NCBI GenBank assembly: GCA_039621445.1
Contig: CP154954.1
Coordinates: forward strand, 46,169,847 to 46,233,846
Direction of reading: 5' to 3'
DNA length: 64,000 nucleotides
Source: Euglena gracilis
Lineage: Eukaryota
A program made the position numbers and the translations under genes. Below are positions 1 through 10,610 of the stretch, in pieces. Every line of letters starts with the position of its first letter. The first letter of the stretch is position 1. The notes beneath the pieces were generated by a model. The model was given only the letters and a program-made list of their open reading frames with translations. It was not told the DNA's origin and ran no database searches.

Positions 1-40
1 AAAATGCGCAAAAATGCGAAACGCATCCCCCCCCCTGCTG

Positions 41-130
41 AACCCTAACCCAACCCTAACCCGAAACCCTGACCCTATACCAAACCCTAATCCGAACCCT
101 GACCCAAACCCTAACCCTGACCCTGACCCA
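41..130 (+). repeat. Degenerate telomere-like (CCCTAA/CCCTGA) tract, interstitial
   Basis: Hexamer repeats such as aaccctaacccaaccctaaccc...gaccctgaccc. Confidence 0.8.
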
Positions 131-839
131 GTTTGTAGGTATGTGCAAAGACAATGTTTTTCCCAAAAGTGGCCCAAAATGGGCATTTTCCCCCCAAGTT
201 TTTGCATATTCACCCCCGATTGGGGGGTTTTGGAGTGGGTTTTGACTGGTTTTGGGGTGATTCGGGATTTCAAAAGGGGGGGGGGTAGTGCGGATAATTG
301 CGTTTCCTACCGACCAGGTCGGCCCGACCCACACAGGTCGGGCCGACCCGCAATTTGGTCACCCGCGATTTTCCGACCGGGGCCGGCAAAAAGGCTCCTG
401 GCTGGATTTGAGCTGACTGGCTGGACCCCCCTTAGTTGCACTTAGGCTTCTTGTCTGTTTATGGCCGGCGCTGACTTCGCTTCTGGCCCAGTTTGCTGCG
501 TGGTGAGTGGCCAGGGACCCCTGGACCCCCCCGGGGGGGGGGGGGGCGGGGTCCGGGGCTGGGCTGGGCTGGGGGCTGGGCTGGGCTGGGGGCTGGGCTG
601 GGCTGGGCTGGGTCGGTGAAAAACAGAATTTTCCAAAAAAAAATTGCCATTTTCGACATTTTGGTGGATGGAGCTAGATTAAGGCTGGGGGGCTGTGATG
701 GAGGAAGCTGTGTGAGTGGAAAAAATGCACCAGAAGCCTGGGTTGGCATTTTTCAGCCAAAATTTGGTGCTGAAGACCCAAAAACCACCCAAAGATGCCA
801 TTTTTGGCCATTTTGACCCCTTTTCGAACCTTATTTCGG

Positions 840-1385
840 TGGACCCCGGGGGGGGGGGCACTTTCCACTCTGAAAAAAACCAGTCAGTCACTTTTTCCAA
901 AAAACCAGTCAGTCACTTCACCCCCCCCTGGGGGGATCGGCCACTCTTGAATGCGCTTATGTTGGCAAAGCACTATCGCCAAAAATCTCAAAAAATTCCC
1001 AAAAATCCACCCCACCCCGGGTGGGGGGGGGGGGCTCTTGGCCAGAAAACCAGTCAACCATCTGAAAAAAACCAGTCAGTCACGGGGGGGGGGGGTCTGG
1101 GCCAAAAACCAGTCAGTCACTCCGAAAAAAGCAGTCACCCACCCCCTGTGGGGGGGGGGTGGCCAGTGCTTAAGCAATTGTCTGCTCCTGCACCACTGGA
1201 CCAGAGGGCCAGGCTTCTTTTTAAGGCCCCCGGGGGGGGTCCCCCCCACCCACCCAGGGTGGCGCGCGGACCCCCCCCCAAAGTCGGGCCCATTAAAGGC
1301 AATTTTCAAAAATTTTCGGCACAAAGCGCCGAAAAGGTATACCCGGCGCGGGACCCACCCCCCCGGGGGGGGGTTGCTGACTTAA
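840..1385. mobile_element. Probable non-autonomous DNA element with repeated aaaaccagtcagtcac motifs
   Basis: At least five copies of AAAACCAGTCA(G/A) between G/C-run blocks; termini not resolved. Confidence 0.45.
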
Positions 1386-1656
1386 AAAGGAGCCCGCAGA
1401 GGGCCAACCGCAGGATTTTTTGCCCATTTGCCCCCTTTTTTAAAAAATACATTTCTGAAAACAAGCAAATCCCTCACCTTCCTCCCACACAACAAAAATC
1501 ACCGATTGGGAGGGGTACAAAGCTGCTGGATGGCTTCCGCCCCCAGGTGGATGGGGTCCACTTCGGCTTCACTGACACCCTGTCCTGAAACCCTCCTCTG
1601 GGGGCCAAACTGCCCTCTTTCCTCACCATCCTGAACAAAAAAAAAGCAATCCTCAC

Positions 1657-4600
1657 CTGTTGGGAGCTCATAGATCTGGGTCTTGGGACTTGTCCAAGTG
1701 ATGGCGTAATATTCTTCGGTTTTTGCTGCTGACAGCAAAGTACCAGTGCTCCCCTTGTACCTTGCAAACACTTCTGGGAACTTCGACTTGGGAACCTCAC
1801 CCAAAGCGTCCTGCATTGCAGCAACCATCAAAACAGAATGTTGTGAAATCCAAACACACCCGCAAGTCCCAGAAAACTGGCAGCTGGGTGCTCAATGCTT
1901 CAGCCTGAGGTGGAACGAAAACAAATTTTTCAGCCAACAGGGTGACATTGGGAAACAGTGAAAAAAAATGCAGTTCTCAGCAATGAAAAGTACCCCCTTT
2001 TGACACTCCCTCACAAAACACCCATGGGACCCGGTTTCTCCTCAAGACCATTTGGCTTTCCACCAGAAAAAAGTCACTGAGTGGACCACCCGGGGGTTCC
2101 CCTGGCTGGAACGAACACTTCCTTCAGCGCTGTGAAAAAATGCACCAGCAGACTCCGACTTAAGTGCACGGGGCGCGCGCATTATTGGACCACTGAGTAA
2201 TGCCGTTGAGGGCGTGACACTGATTTGGGCACTAACCAGGGGTTTTTTTTAGTCGTGGACCCCCGGAATTTTCTGGTGTCCACAGGTGAACCACAAAATT
2301 TTTTTTGGTGTCCACAGGTGAACCACAAAAATTTTTGTGGTGTCCACAAAAAATTTTGTGGTCCACAAAAATTGATTGAGGATCGAAAAAAAGTAAAAAT
2401 TACACCTAAAGGCGGATTGATCTTTAGACACCTCAGCCACATTGGGCTCCGAGCAGAAAATTGGCCATGGAACTTTTGGTGGTCGCTAGCGACCATGGTC
2501 GCTAGCGACCGAATTCTGGCGACCGGTCGCTAGCGACCATTGGTGGTCGGAGCGACCGGTCGCTAGCGACCACCAATAATTCGACCACCCCCCCCCCTCA
2601 GAAGATTTTTAAGCCCACCCCCCTGCGAAGGAAAAATTTCCCTCAGAGAAAAACATGAAATTTTATATCAAAATTTCCTTTTTCTGCTTTTAGGATCTTG
2701 CACGAAATCAGACAATGTTTACGTTACTTTGTCAAGAGGGCGGTACGGGGGTCCGGGGGGGGGGGGGTGGGCGACAGCGGGGGGGGGGTGGCATTACCCT
2801 CACCCCCCCCTCAGAGTGGCATGGCATTTTTTGTCAAATTTGCTTTACCCCCCCCTCAAAGTGGCCACTTTCGTTTGGTGCCAAAGCCCAAAAAAATTTT
2901 GGGGCCCTATGGGTCGGTTACCCCACGGAAGGGATTTTGTTATTGGAGGGTACGGGAATAGCTCACTGTCATAGCACTTTTTAAATAAAGACCTTCCTAA
3001 GAAAGTGGTCAAATTGACGTTTTGGACCTTTTTCAAAATCCCTTTTGGCAAATGTGCCAAAATTGACCATTTTTTGGCGAACATCCAAAAAAGGTGCCAA
3101 AATGACCCCTTTTGGGGTGCTCGATCGAGGGCGGTAATGGATAGCTCGGTGGGGGGACTAGGTCCCCCCCCCCGAGCTGTTCCCCCCCCCCCCCCGCAAG
3201 GCGCCTTAGGACGGTTTTGTTCACGGTGCGCGTGGCATAACATGCGCGCATGGCCCTGGGTCGGTTACCCCCCGGAAGGGATTTTGTTATTGGAGGGCGG
3301 GGGGGGTGCGGGGGGGGGGGGGGCGGCAGCCCCCCCCTGCTAGACGACCAAGGGCGCCGAAGTTTTTGTTTACCAAGGGCGCTTTTGTTTACGGTGCGCG
3401 TGGCATTACATGCGCGCATGGCCCTGGGTCGGTTACCCCCCGGAAGGGATTTTGTTATTGGAGGGCGGGGGGGGGGGGGCGGGGGGGGGGTGGGGGGGGG
3501 GGGGCGGCAGCCCCCCCCCGGCCTACGGCAGCAGAAACAAACAAACAAACGCTTATTTTTGTCGGTTCCTCCTGTTCATGTATTTTTTGATTGGTTTTGT
3601 TGATTTTACTAGGATTCGAAAAATAAGTTGGCCTTTTTAGGTCTGTTTTCGACTGTATAGGTCTCCTTTACTGTGAGCCAAACGTCCACCAGAATTGGCC
3701 AAAATCAGAACCTCTTCAAAAAAAATCGAAAATATGACCCTTTTTGGAAGTAGTTTTCCGCTTCCTCTTCTGTTTTTAGAGCACCAGAATTTTTGGCCAA
3801 CTTACGCCGCCTGAGTCAAATATGTTCAAAGAAGATTGCTTCATTGCTGTTGATGAGAAAGAAAATGATGCAAATGTCAGCAGGCGGTGGGAAATTTTTT
3901 GGTGTCCACATGTGAACCACACATATTACTTTGGTGTATATTTTTGTGGTCCACAGGTGAACCACAAAAATGTTTTTGGTGTCCACAAGTGAACCACAAA
4001 AAATTTTTGGTACTTGTCTGTTATCGCACGACATACCCCCCCCCTTTCGGTTATCGCACGACACCTTTTTTTTTGGTCTTATGGGGTTATTTAAAGGAGT
4101 AGGGTTAGGTGCGCACATGCCATGTTGCGCTACATGGCCAACCCTGACCCTGACCCTAACCCTAAGCCTAAGCCTAAGCCTAAGGCCTAAGCCTGAGGCC
4201 TAAGCCTAAGGCCTAAGCCTAAGCCTAAGCCCAAGCCTAACCCTAACCCCGTGGCCATGTAGCGCAAACATGCATGTGCGCACCTAACCCTATTCCTTTA
4301 ATTAACCCTAAATAACCCGAAAAAAGGGTGTCGTGCGATAACCGGAAGGGGGGGGGTATGTCGTGCGATAACAGACAAGTACCAAATTTTTTGGTGTCCA
4401 CAGGTGAACCACAAAAAATTTTGTGGTGTCCACAGTGAACCACAAAATGACAACCTTGGTGTACCACACTAAATGAATGTCTGGTTTGGCGGACATGGCA
4501 TAAATAGCAAACGGGTGGCCGGTCTGTGCCACGTCAGGCGGACGTTTTTGTGGCAAATGGGGGGGGGGGCAGAGACGCGCCCCCAGAAATACGGAAGGCA

Positions 4601-7600
4601 GGGGGGGGGAAATTATGCGGTCTGGCAGGCGGGGAAAAAATGCGGAAATTATGCGGAAAAATGCGGAAAAATGCGGAAATTATGCGGAAATTATGCGGAA
4701 CAAAAATGCGGAAAAATATGCGGAAAAATGCGGAAAATGCGGAAAAACATGCCGAAATTCTGTGGAGTCCCAGGTCACATGGAGAGGATAGATATATTCT
4801 ACCTCACAATATGCAGGGTCCCGATGCTATTTGATTCCCATCGGATGCCCAAGCTTGCCAGAAGTCACCAAAATGCAATGGACAAAGCACAATTATGTAT
4901 TCAGAGAGATGAAAAGACGAGCACTTGTGCTCCAACATATTGGGGTGCCTTGTCGACCTGAAACGTAAAAATTCACAATGCGGATTATGCAACTGTAAAT
5001 TATGCGACCTGCTTATTATGCGGAAAAAAATGCAAAAAAATGAAATGCGGATTATGCGAAAAATGCGCAGTGCGGAAAAATATGGGAAATAAAAAAAAAA
5101 AAAAAAATGCGGCGCGGAGAAAAAGAAAAAATGCGAAAAAATGCGGAAAAATGCAAAAAAAATGCGGTCAAATGCGAAAATGCGGAAAAATGCGGAAAAT
5201 TTACAAAAAAATGCGGAAAATATGCGGAAAATATGCGGAAAAATGCGGAAAAATGCGGAATAATGCGGAATAATGCGGAAATGCGGAATAATGCGGAATA
5301 ATGCGGACCGCATAATTTCCCCCCCCCTGCGGAAGGCCTGGTGAGGTGGGGGGGGGGGTCGGCCCCGAGCGAAAAATTGGTGATGGACTTTTTGGTGGTC
5401 ACCAGCGACCATGGTCGCTAACGACCATTTTCTAGCGACTAGTCGCTAGCGACCATTGGTGGTAAGGCTGGTTGCTGGCGACCACCAATTTTAAGTCCAC
5501 CCCCCTCTAAAAAGTTTTTAAGCCCCCCCTCCAAAAAAATTCATTCAAATATGAAGAAAAATGACTCAAAAGCCACCCAAATGCCTTCAGAAACACATTC
5601 GGGGTTCCATTTGCAAAAAAAGGTAATATCTTCTTTTTGCACCAGTTCTGTGAACCTTGTCTTTGTCCAGGAGTCAAGGAGCACGATTCGGCCATCCTTG
5701 CCTTGCGCACCCCAGGGGATTTTGCCCCCCCCCCCCCCTGGAGGAGGCCGTAGGCCGACTAAGTTCGCACATTGGGGTTCATTAGGGAGCGATTTGGCCC
5801 TCCTTGCCTTGCACACACAAAGGGATTTTGTTATTCTGGGCGGGGGTCCGGGAGGGGGGGGCCCGCCCAAAATAACAAAATCCCCTTGTGTGTGCAAGGC
5901 AAGGATGGCCAAATCGCGCTCCCCAATGAACCTCGATATGCGAACTTAGTTGACGGCCCCAGGGGGGTTGCCGCCCGGGTCCCGCCCAAATGGGAAGATA
6001 TTACCCAAAATTTTTGCAAATAAACCCCCGAATGAGGGTTTCTGAAGGCATTTGGGTGGATTTCGAGTCATTTTTATTCATATTTGAATGAAATTTTTCT
6101 GGAGGGGGGCTTTTTAAACTTTTTTACAGGGGGGGGGGGTGGATTTAAATTTGGTGGTCGGAGCAACTAGTCGCTCTGACCACCAACAGTCGCCAGCGAC
6201 CACCAAAAAATCCATCACCAATTTCCCATGAGCCGGGGGGGGTTAGACCCAACCAGGCTACCAACAGGAACTGGGGGGAGGCCCCACCCACCCTTCCAAA
6301 CAACAAACAAGGGAATCCCTGACCCCCACCTTGTGGCAGGAAATATTTTTTGAGAAGACGGAGGCCAGGCCAAAATCTTTGGAAAAAAACTTGTCCCCCT
6401 GGCCAAATTTTGTCAGACTTTGGTTTACACCCCTCAAAAGAGGCCACTTTTGGTTTACCAGAAGTACGCCCCCAATGCCCCCCCCCCCCCGAGTGCCTGG
6501 AGGCCACCGGCACTTCGAAGGGTGAGGGTGTTTGTGGGCTATTGGATTAAGTTTGAGGGTGGGGTATTTGCTTTTCTTCATGTGGAAAGCACCAAACCAT
6601 CAAAAGCATCAAGCCAAAGGTTGGGGAAAATTTTTTTTCGCACTTCCCAGTGGAAAAGTTTGTTTTTTTGCAATTTTTGGGGTTTTTCCTTGGGTAAGCC
6701 GATTCTTTGGCTTTTTTCCAAAGTTTGTCAGGACTGCCAAAAAAAAAAACGGTGTATGGAAGTCCTGAGCCTGAACTTTCCAAACCCACACCGAAATATG
6801 GCGAATATGTCTGAGAGATTGGTGAAGGATGTGGGAATTGCTTTTCATTTAAAAAAAACAAAAAAAACTCGTTTGGAGTTTGAAGGGCATGTCATCCGGT
6901 TTGTGCAAAAAAGGAAGTGCACCGAAAGTTTTATTTTTTTTAAAAAAATTGGAACTTGTCGTCATGCTGGAAGATTTCCAGACTTGGGATGTCCCAAACT
7001 CAAGGATAATTGGTGGCTCAAATTTTTGGCCTTTTCTTTCTGTTGCACGTTGTTCAAAAAAAAATGCCAGAGGAGGTTTCCAACAGCCACCTTTCAAGCC
7101 TTTCAGAAAATTTCGGCATTTCCCTCCTGTGTCTTGGGAACAGAGAGCCTGGTTGAGTAGTTTGGCGAGGAATGTTTCTTTTATAATAAATTCAACAAAC
7201 AAAACAGAAACACCTTCTGCCGGGCCTTCTCATTTTTGAGGGCATCCTCCAGCTTTGGTGCTGTCCAAGGAGCTGATGAAAGTTGAAAAAGAACACAAAA
7301 AAGGAGGAATGTGAAACAACCTTTTCCCACTTCAGCAGCTTCAGCAAGCATTGAATAGGTCTGCGAAGAAAAAAAAAATGTGTCCGGAACCCTGTAGAAT
7401 CACTTGACACGTACCTCTTCTGAACGTGGTTTCCGCAACAAAGCCAGGACCAAGCTGGCTGCGCTGAATGCCAGACCGGCTGCTGCTGCTGTCACCCAAA
7501 GATTGTTGGCAGAAGCCAGGGTTTCCACCTGTAAGTAAATAAATGGTATTTAAATTTAAAAGGTACAAACACCTCCTGGTTGGGAGTGGCTTCCACAACC

Positions 7601-7806
7601 GTGGTGCGTCCAGTTTGGACTCCACGGACGTACGACCCTGTGAAGACCACGGGTCGGACGGCAGAGATTGTCGTGGATGCACGAACGGCGGAGGGGGCGG
7701 CATAATTGGACGCCACCGACGGGCTCAGAGCCAAGCCAAATAACGCGCCAGCTGCTAAGGCAGTGGTGGCAGCCAAAACAACGAAGCTTTTATCACCAAT
7801 GGACAT
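1657..7806 (-). CDS. psaD: Photosystem I subunit II (PsaD) precursor, nuclear-encoded, multi-exon; 3' exons not located in the window
   Basis: Exon 1657-1810 reads [52 protein letters not shown], matching the PsaD GSTG.LL.AA..EE.YAITW.SPK.Q.FEMPTG signature. Other GT-AG exons: 7573-7806 (signal and transit peptide), 7415-7528 (hydrophobic stop-transfer segment then RKPR), 7321-7360, 7214-7272 (APWTAPKL) and 1860-1904. Exons between 7150 and 1905 are unresolved, so linking the two exon groups into one gene is an inference. Confidence 0.85.
4009..4383. mobile_element. Foldback (Mutator-like) MITE with about 130-bp TIRs and a central telomere-like tract
   Basis: Arms ggtacttgtctgttatcgcacgac... 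and ...gtcgtgcgataacagacaagtacc. The spacer (4141-4250) is CCCTAA/GCCTAA repeats. aaattttt flanks both sides (4001-4008, 4384-4391). Confidence 0.8.
4599..5329. mobile_element. hAT-like MITE with atgcggaaaa subterminal arrays
   Basis: TIR cag(g)n-aaattatgcggtc / gaccgcataattt-(c)n-tg; direct repeat cggaagg at 4592-4598 and 5330-5336. Confidence 0.8.
5492..6146. mobile_element. Palindromic MITE with a nested internal hairpin (about 5758-5950)
   Basis: Outer arms at about 5492-5605 and 6020-6146 are inverted; inner arms actaagttcgca...gggcggg / cccgccc...tgcgaacttagt. Confidence 0.75.
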
Positions 7807-7836
7807 TGCTGTCTGCAAAAAAACAACAACGAAAAA
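7807..7836 (-). promoter_or_regulatory. Polypyrimidine tract plus CAG acceptor 6 nt upstream of the psaD ATG (probable spliced-leader trans-splice acceptor)
   Basis: The minus strand reads a T-rich tract, then GCAG|acagcaATG; the AG is at 7814-7813. Confidence 0.55.
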
Positions 7837-7893
7837 GTCGGGTGTGGAATTTGTACGTCGAAATTCCTAATTGGCCGCCACACACACACGAAA

Positions 7894-9039
7894 GTGAGGC
7901 ATCGGTCCTCCGAAGTCATCTTACAAGCCTTTGAGGACGTGGTGGGAGTCGCACTGAACACGACACAGAGACTGCAAGCAGCACTACCACTCCCCAAAGG
8001 AGGGGGGTGTGGGCTTCGCGTCCCCTCACACAACCAAGCAGCGGCCCGCACAGCAGCACTTCGTGCTTTCTACACTGAAGGGCATCGGAAAATTGGTCTG
8101 CCCCAGTATGCAGGAAGTCCCGTGGCAGATATCATTGAGCCACCACTGAGAGAACTGTGTGCTGCCCTACCCAAACATCCGACAGCCCCGAGACTGCTAG
8201 GAAACCTGGCAACCACCCAGACCGCAGGAAAAGATGAGCAGTCCCAAAAGTGGTGGTCCGAAGAAATAGGCAAAACCACAATGGACAACCTGATTAACCA
8301 ATGCAAGCCACGGGACCAAGCCCGCCTTTTGGAACAGCCCTTAGGAACTGGTCATGGCTGGATGGCCTCTGCCCCCTCACCGGCTCTACACACAGTCTTC
8401 TCAAGTGCTGAGTATTGTCTTGGGCTCAAATGGTGGCTTGGGTTGCCCATCCTTGACGATGAAACGCAGAAATGCCAAGGCTGCTCAGCACCGCTGGACA
8501 GGGAAGGGGACCACCTCATCTGCTGCCCTCGAAACAACTTCACCGCCACACACACGGCCGTTCAGGATGCAATTTTTACTCTTTTGTCCTCCACAGGCCA
8601 AGGTGTCCAAAAAGAAGTCACGATCCCAAATGCTCCGGATGCCAACCTGCGCCCCGCTGATCTCCTACTATCGTGTTGGCAGGATGGCAAACCCACAGCC
8701 CTGGACATCACAATCTGCCATGGTTGGCAAGTCCAAGAACAAAACACCTCACGGGAACGATGGAGGTCCTTTTTACGGCGCAAAGAAACTGCCAAGCACT
8801 CCAAATATGACGTCACCTTTCAAAACGTCGGTTGGTCTTTCACAACCTTGGCAATGGGCATGAGGGGAGGCCTGGGCCCAGAGGCCGCCCGCCCGCTTGG
8901 CCACATCATAAAAAGAGCCACTGCATGGCAAGAAGGTGAAATCAAGGACCTGAGACAGTCGGAATGCTATCAAGCCATCGCAATCGCACTGACTCGCCAA
9001 ATCTGGCAACTACTCAGCGTAAAGCACGCTGTTCGTTAA
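7894..9039 (+). CDS. C-terminal part of a LINE ORF (zinc knuckle plus PD-(D/E)xK RLE endonuclease)
   Basis: Uninterrupted 381-aa frame carrying the motifs listed above; no RT catalytic core. Confidence 0.85.
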   Translation: MRHRSSEVILQAFEDVVGVALNTTQRLQAALPLPKGGGCGLRVPSHNQAAARTAALRAFYTEGHRKIGLPQYAGSPVADIIEPPLRELCAALPKHPTAPRLLGNLATTQTAGKDEQSQKWWSEEIGKTTMDNLINQCKPRDQARLLEQPLGTGHGWMASAPSPALHTVFSSAEYCLGLKWWLGLPILDDETQKCQGCSAPLDREGDHLICCPRNNFTATHTAVQDAIFTLLSSTGQGVQKEVTIPNAPDANLRPADLLLSCWQDGKPTALDITICHGWQVQEQNTSRERWRSFLRRKETAKHSKYDVTFQNVGWSFTTLAMGMRGGLGPEAARPLGHIIKRATAWQEGEIKDLRQSECYQAIAIALTRQIWQLLSVKHAVR

Positions 9040-9499
9040 ACAGGATACACAGAAGCCGCCAAAAGCTCCACAAAAAGGAGGCAACCATGAAAAACCCCAA
9101 GCACCCAAGCACCCCAAACACAAAATACTGATCACAAGGAAGAGGCTCCTACAGCACCAAAAGTCAAAAAAGACAAATCACACCAACAACCGAGGCAATA
9201 CGACACAAACACGCCCCGCCAGGCATGCACCCACCAACCCCCCCCCCCCCCGCACTATATATTCAAAGTGGGCTTTGCCCATTTCCGGCTAACCACTAAT
9301 CACCAACAGGTACCGTACGTTGTAGTGTACACTACCAGCAGTATACACACCCGCGACCTGTGGCGGCACAGGAAGTCACAAGGGGATTCCTCTTGTGGCG
9401 AGGGCCAAAAGAAACGCTACCCTGGTCCCCGGGCACGGTCTAGGTGAAGCTGTGCTACCCGCCGTGATTGTTGAACTGGAAGCGCTTTAAAAAAAAAAA
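7894..9499 (+). mobile_element. 5'-truncated non-LTR retrotransposon of the restriction-like endonuclease type (CRE/SLACS-like), with 3' UTR and poly(A)
   Basis: ORF 7894-9039 has the end of the RT (GGCGLR), a CxxC-x8-H-x3-C zinc knuckle (CQGC...HLICC), H..VQD, RPAD...ALDITI and K..KY motifs. Poly(A) at 9489-9499. Candidate imperfect TSD aaagtgaggc / aaagtgtggc. Confidence 0.85.
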
Positions 9500-10610
9500 G
9501 TGTGGCCCCGCCGTTTTCCTTTGTCTGTCACCCGCAGAGGTGTGAATGCAACAAGAAGCCAATCATCTGCATGCTCAAAAAGAATTCAACGGGGTATTGG
9601 GCGACCTGACTTTTTTGGGTGCCTTCGGGCCTCGAAAAGCCCGGTCTGCCAATGACCACGAACCGAGCGTCAAAAGTTGCAGCCCAGGAGTGCAACCCGC
9701 TGGGAGAGTGGGTCTCCGAAGAAAGAAGCGCCTATAAGACCACTTGCAGTCTAAGTCTAACTCAGTCTACCTCCACCTCTACCTCGTTGTGGTCCACCCC
9801 CCGAAGAACAAACCTATGTTGGGACGAAAGCGCCGCCATGAAAAACATGGCAGCGATGGAGAACAAGAAGATCACAAAAAAATGTGTGTGAATCGGCAGC
9901 ATTGTTATTTAGTCCACTCTCCTTTCACCTGTGGTCACGCTTGGGCCCTCTCGGCTCCGGGCTCCTCATCCGCTTGGTGAAGCAGGTGCTGGGTGACTAA
10001 CAAGGGTGGGCAAAGCAGCACCAAGCAGCAAACACATGGCAGCGAATCTTCAGCCTTGATGGCAGTTGTGGCTTCCGCAGCCATAAGCTACCGCCAGCTA
10101 CCACATCGCAAGGGGCGGAATTATTGATTGGGGAGGTTGGTTGTCGTTTTGCGAGCTTCAATTTGGACCCGAAAAACCCTTGTACATCATATGTCGAACT
10201 CGAATTGAAGAATGCCTTCACCTCATTCGTGAAAAGAAAGGGAAGAGAAAATAAAACTTTCTCTTTTTGAAGCTTTGTTCTTCCTCACCCACAACATCCG
10301 TCATCCAAGGAACTGTGTACCAAGCACGATCCCAGTTCTATGGTTCGCCATAGAACAACTCCGTCACAATCTGAATTCGGAGTATAGTCTCAGAAGTGGG
10401 ATTGTGGCAGAACTTGGGGAAATTCGTTCACAACCATGTGTGATCACGCGACCTCCTCTGTGCAGGTGTTATCCTTTTCTTCGCTTGATTTCAAGTTTGA
10501 TCTGTTCTGTGAAGTCCGGAAAGGACAGCCAAATCACTTGGCATTATTTGTTGTAGCCCATAGGGCTCTTTCGCCTGCCTTGTGCTCTGCTGTCTTAATT
10601 GGGGGAAAGG

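Larger units (their letters stand above)
2270..6210. mobile_element. Nested MITE/foldback pile inside a psaD intron
   Basis: Interleaved subterminal-repeat families: tgtccacaggtgaaccac (about 2270-2370 and 3900-4445), ggtcgctagcgacc (about 2478-2575, 5395-5485, 6150-6205) and gggtcggttacccc (about 2910, 3258, 3426). Confidence 0.75.

Noticed and set aside
41-130. True chromosome end
   Set aside because: The repeats are degenerate and are preceded by a MITE-like terminus at 1-37.
1499-1630. Continuation of psaD in ORF 1499-1831
   Set aside because: Similarity stops at the GT donor at 1656, the downstream residues do not resemble PsaD, and the next AG would give an implausibly short intron.
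4473-5412. Lys/Cys/Met-rich ORFs (similar ones at 54276-55435)
   Set aside because: They are translations of MITE subterminal and internal repeat arrays.
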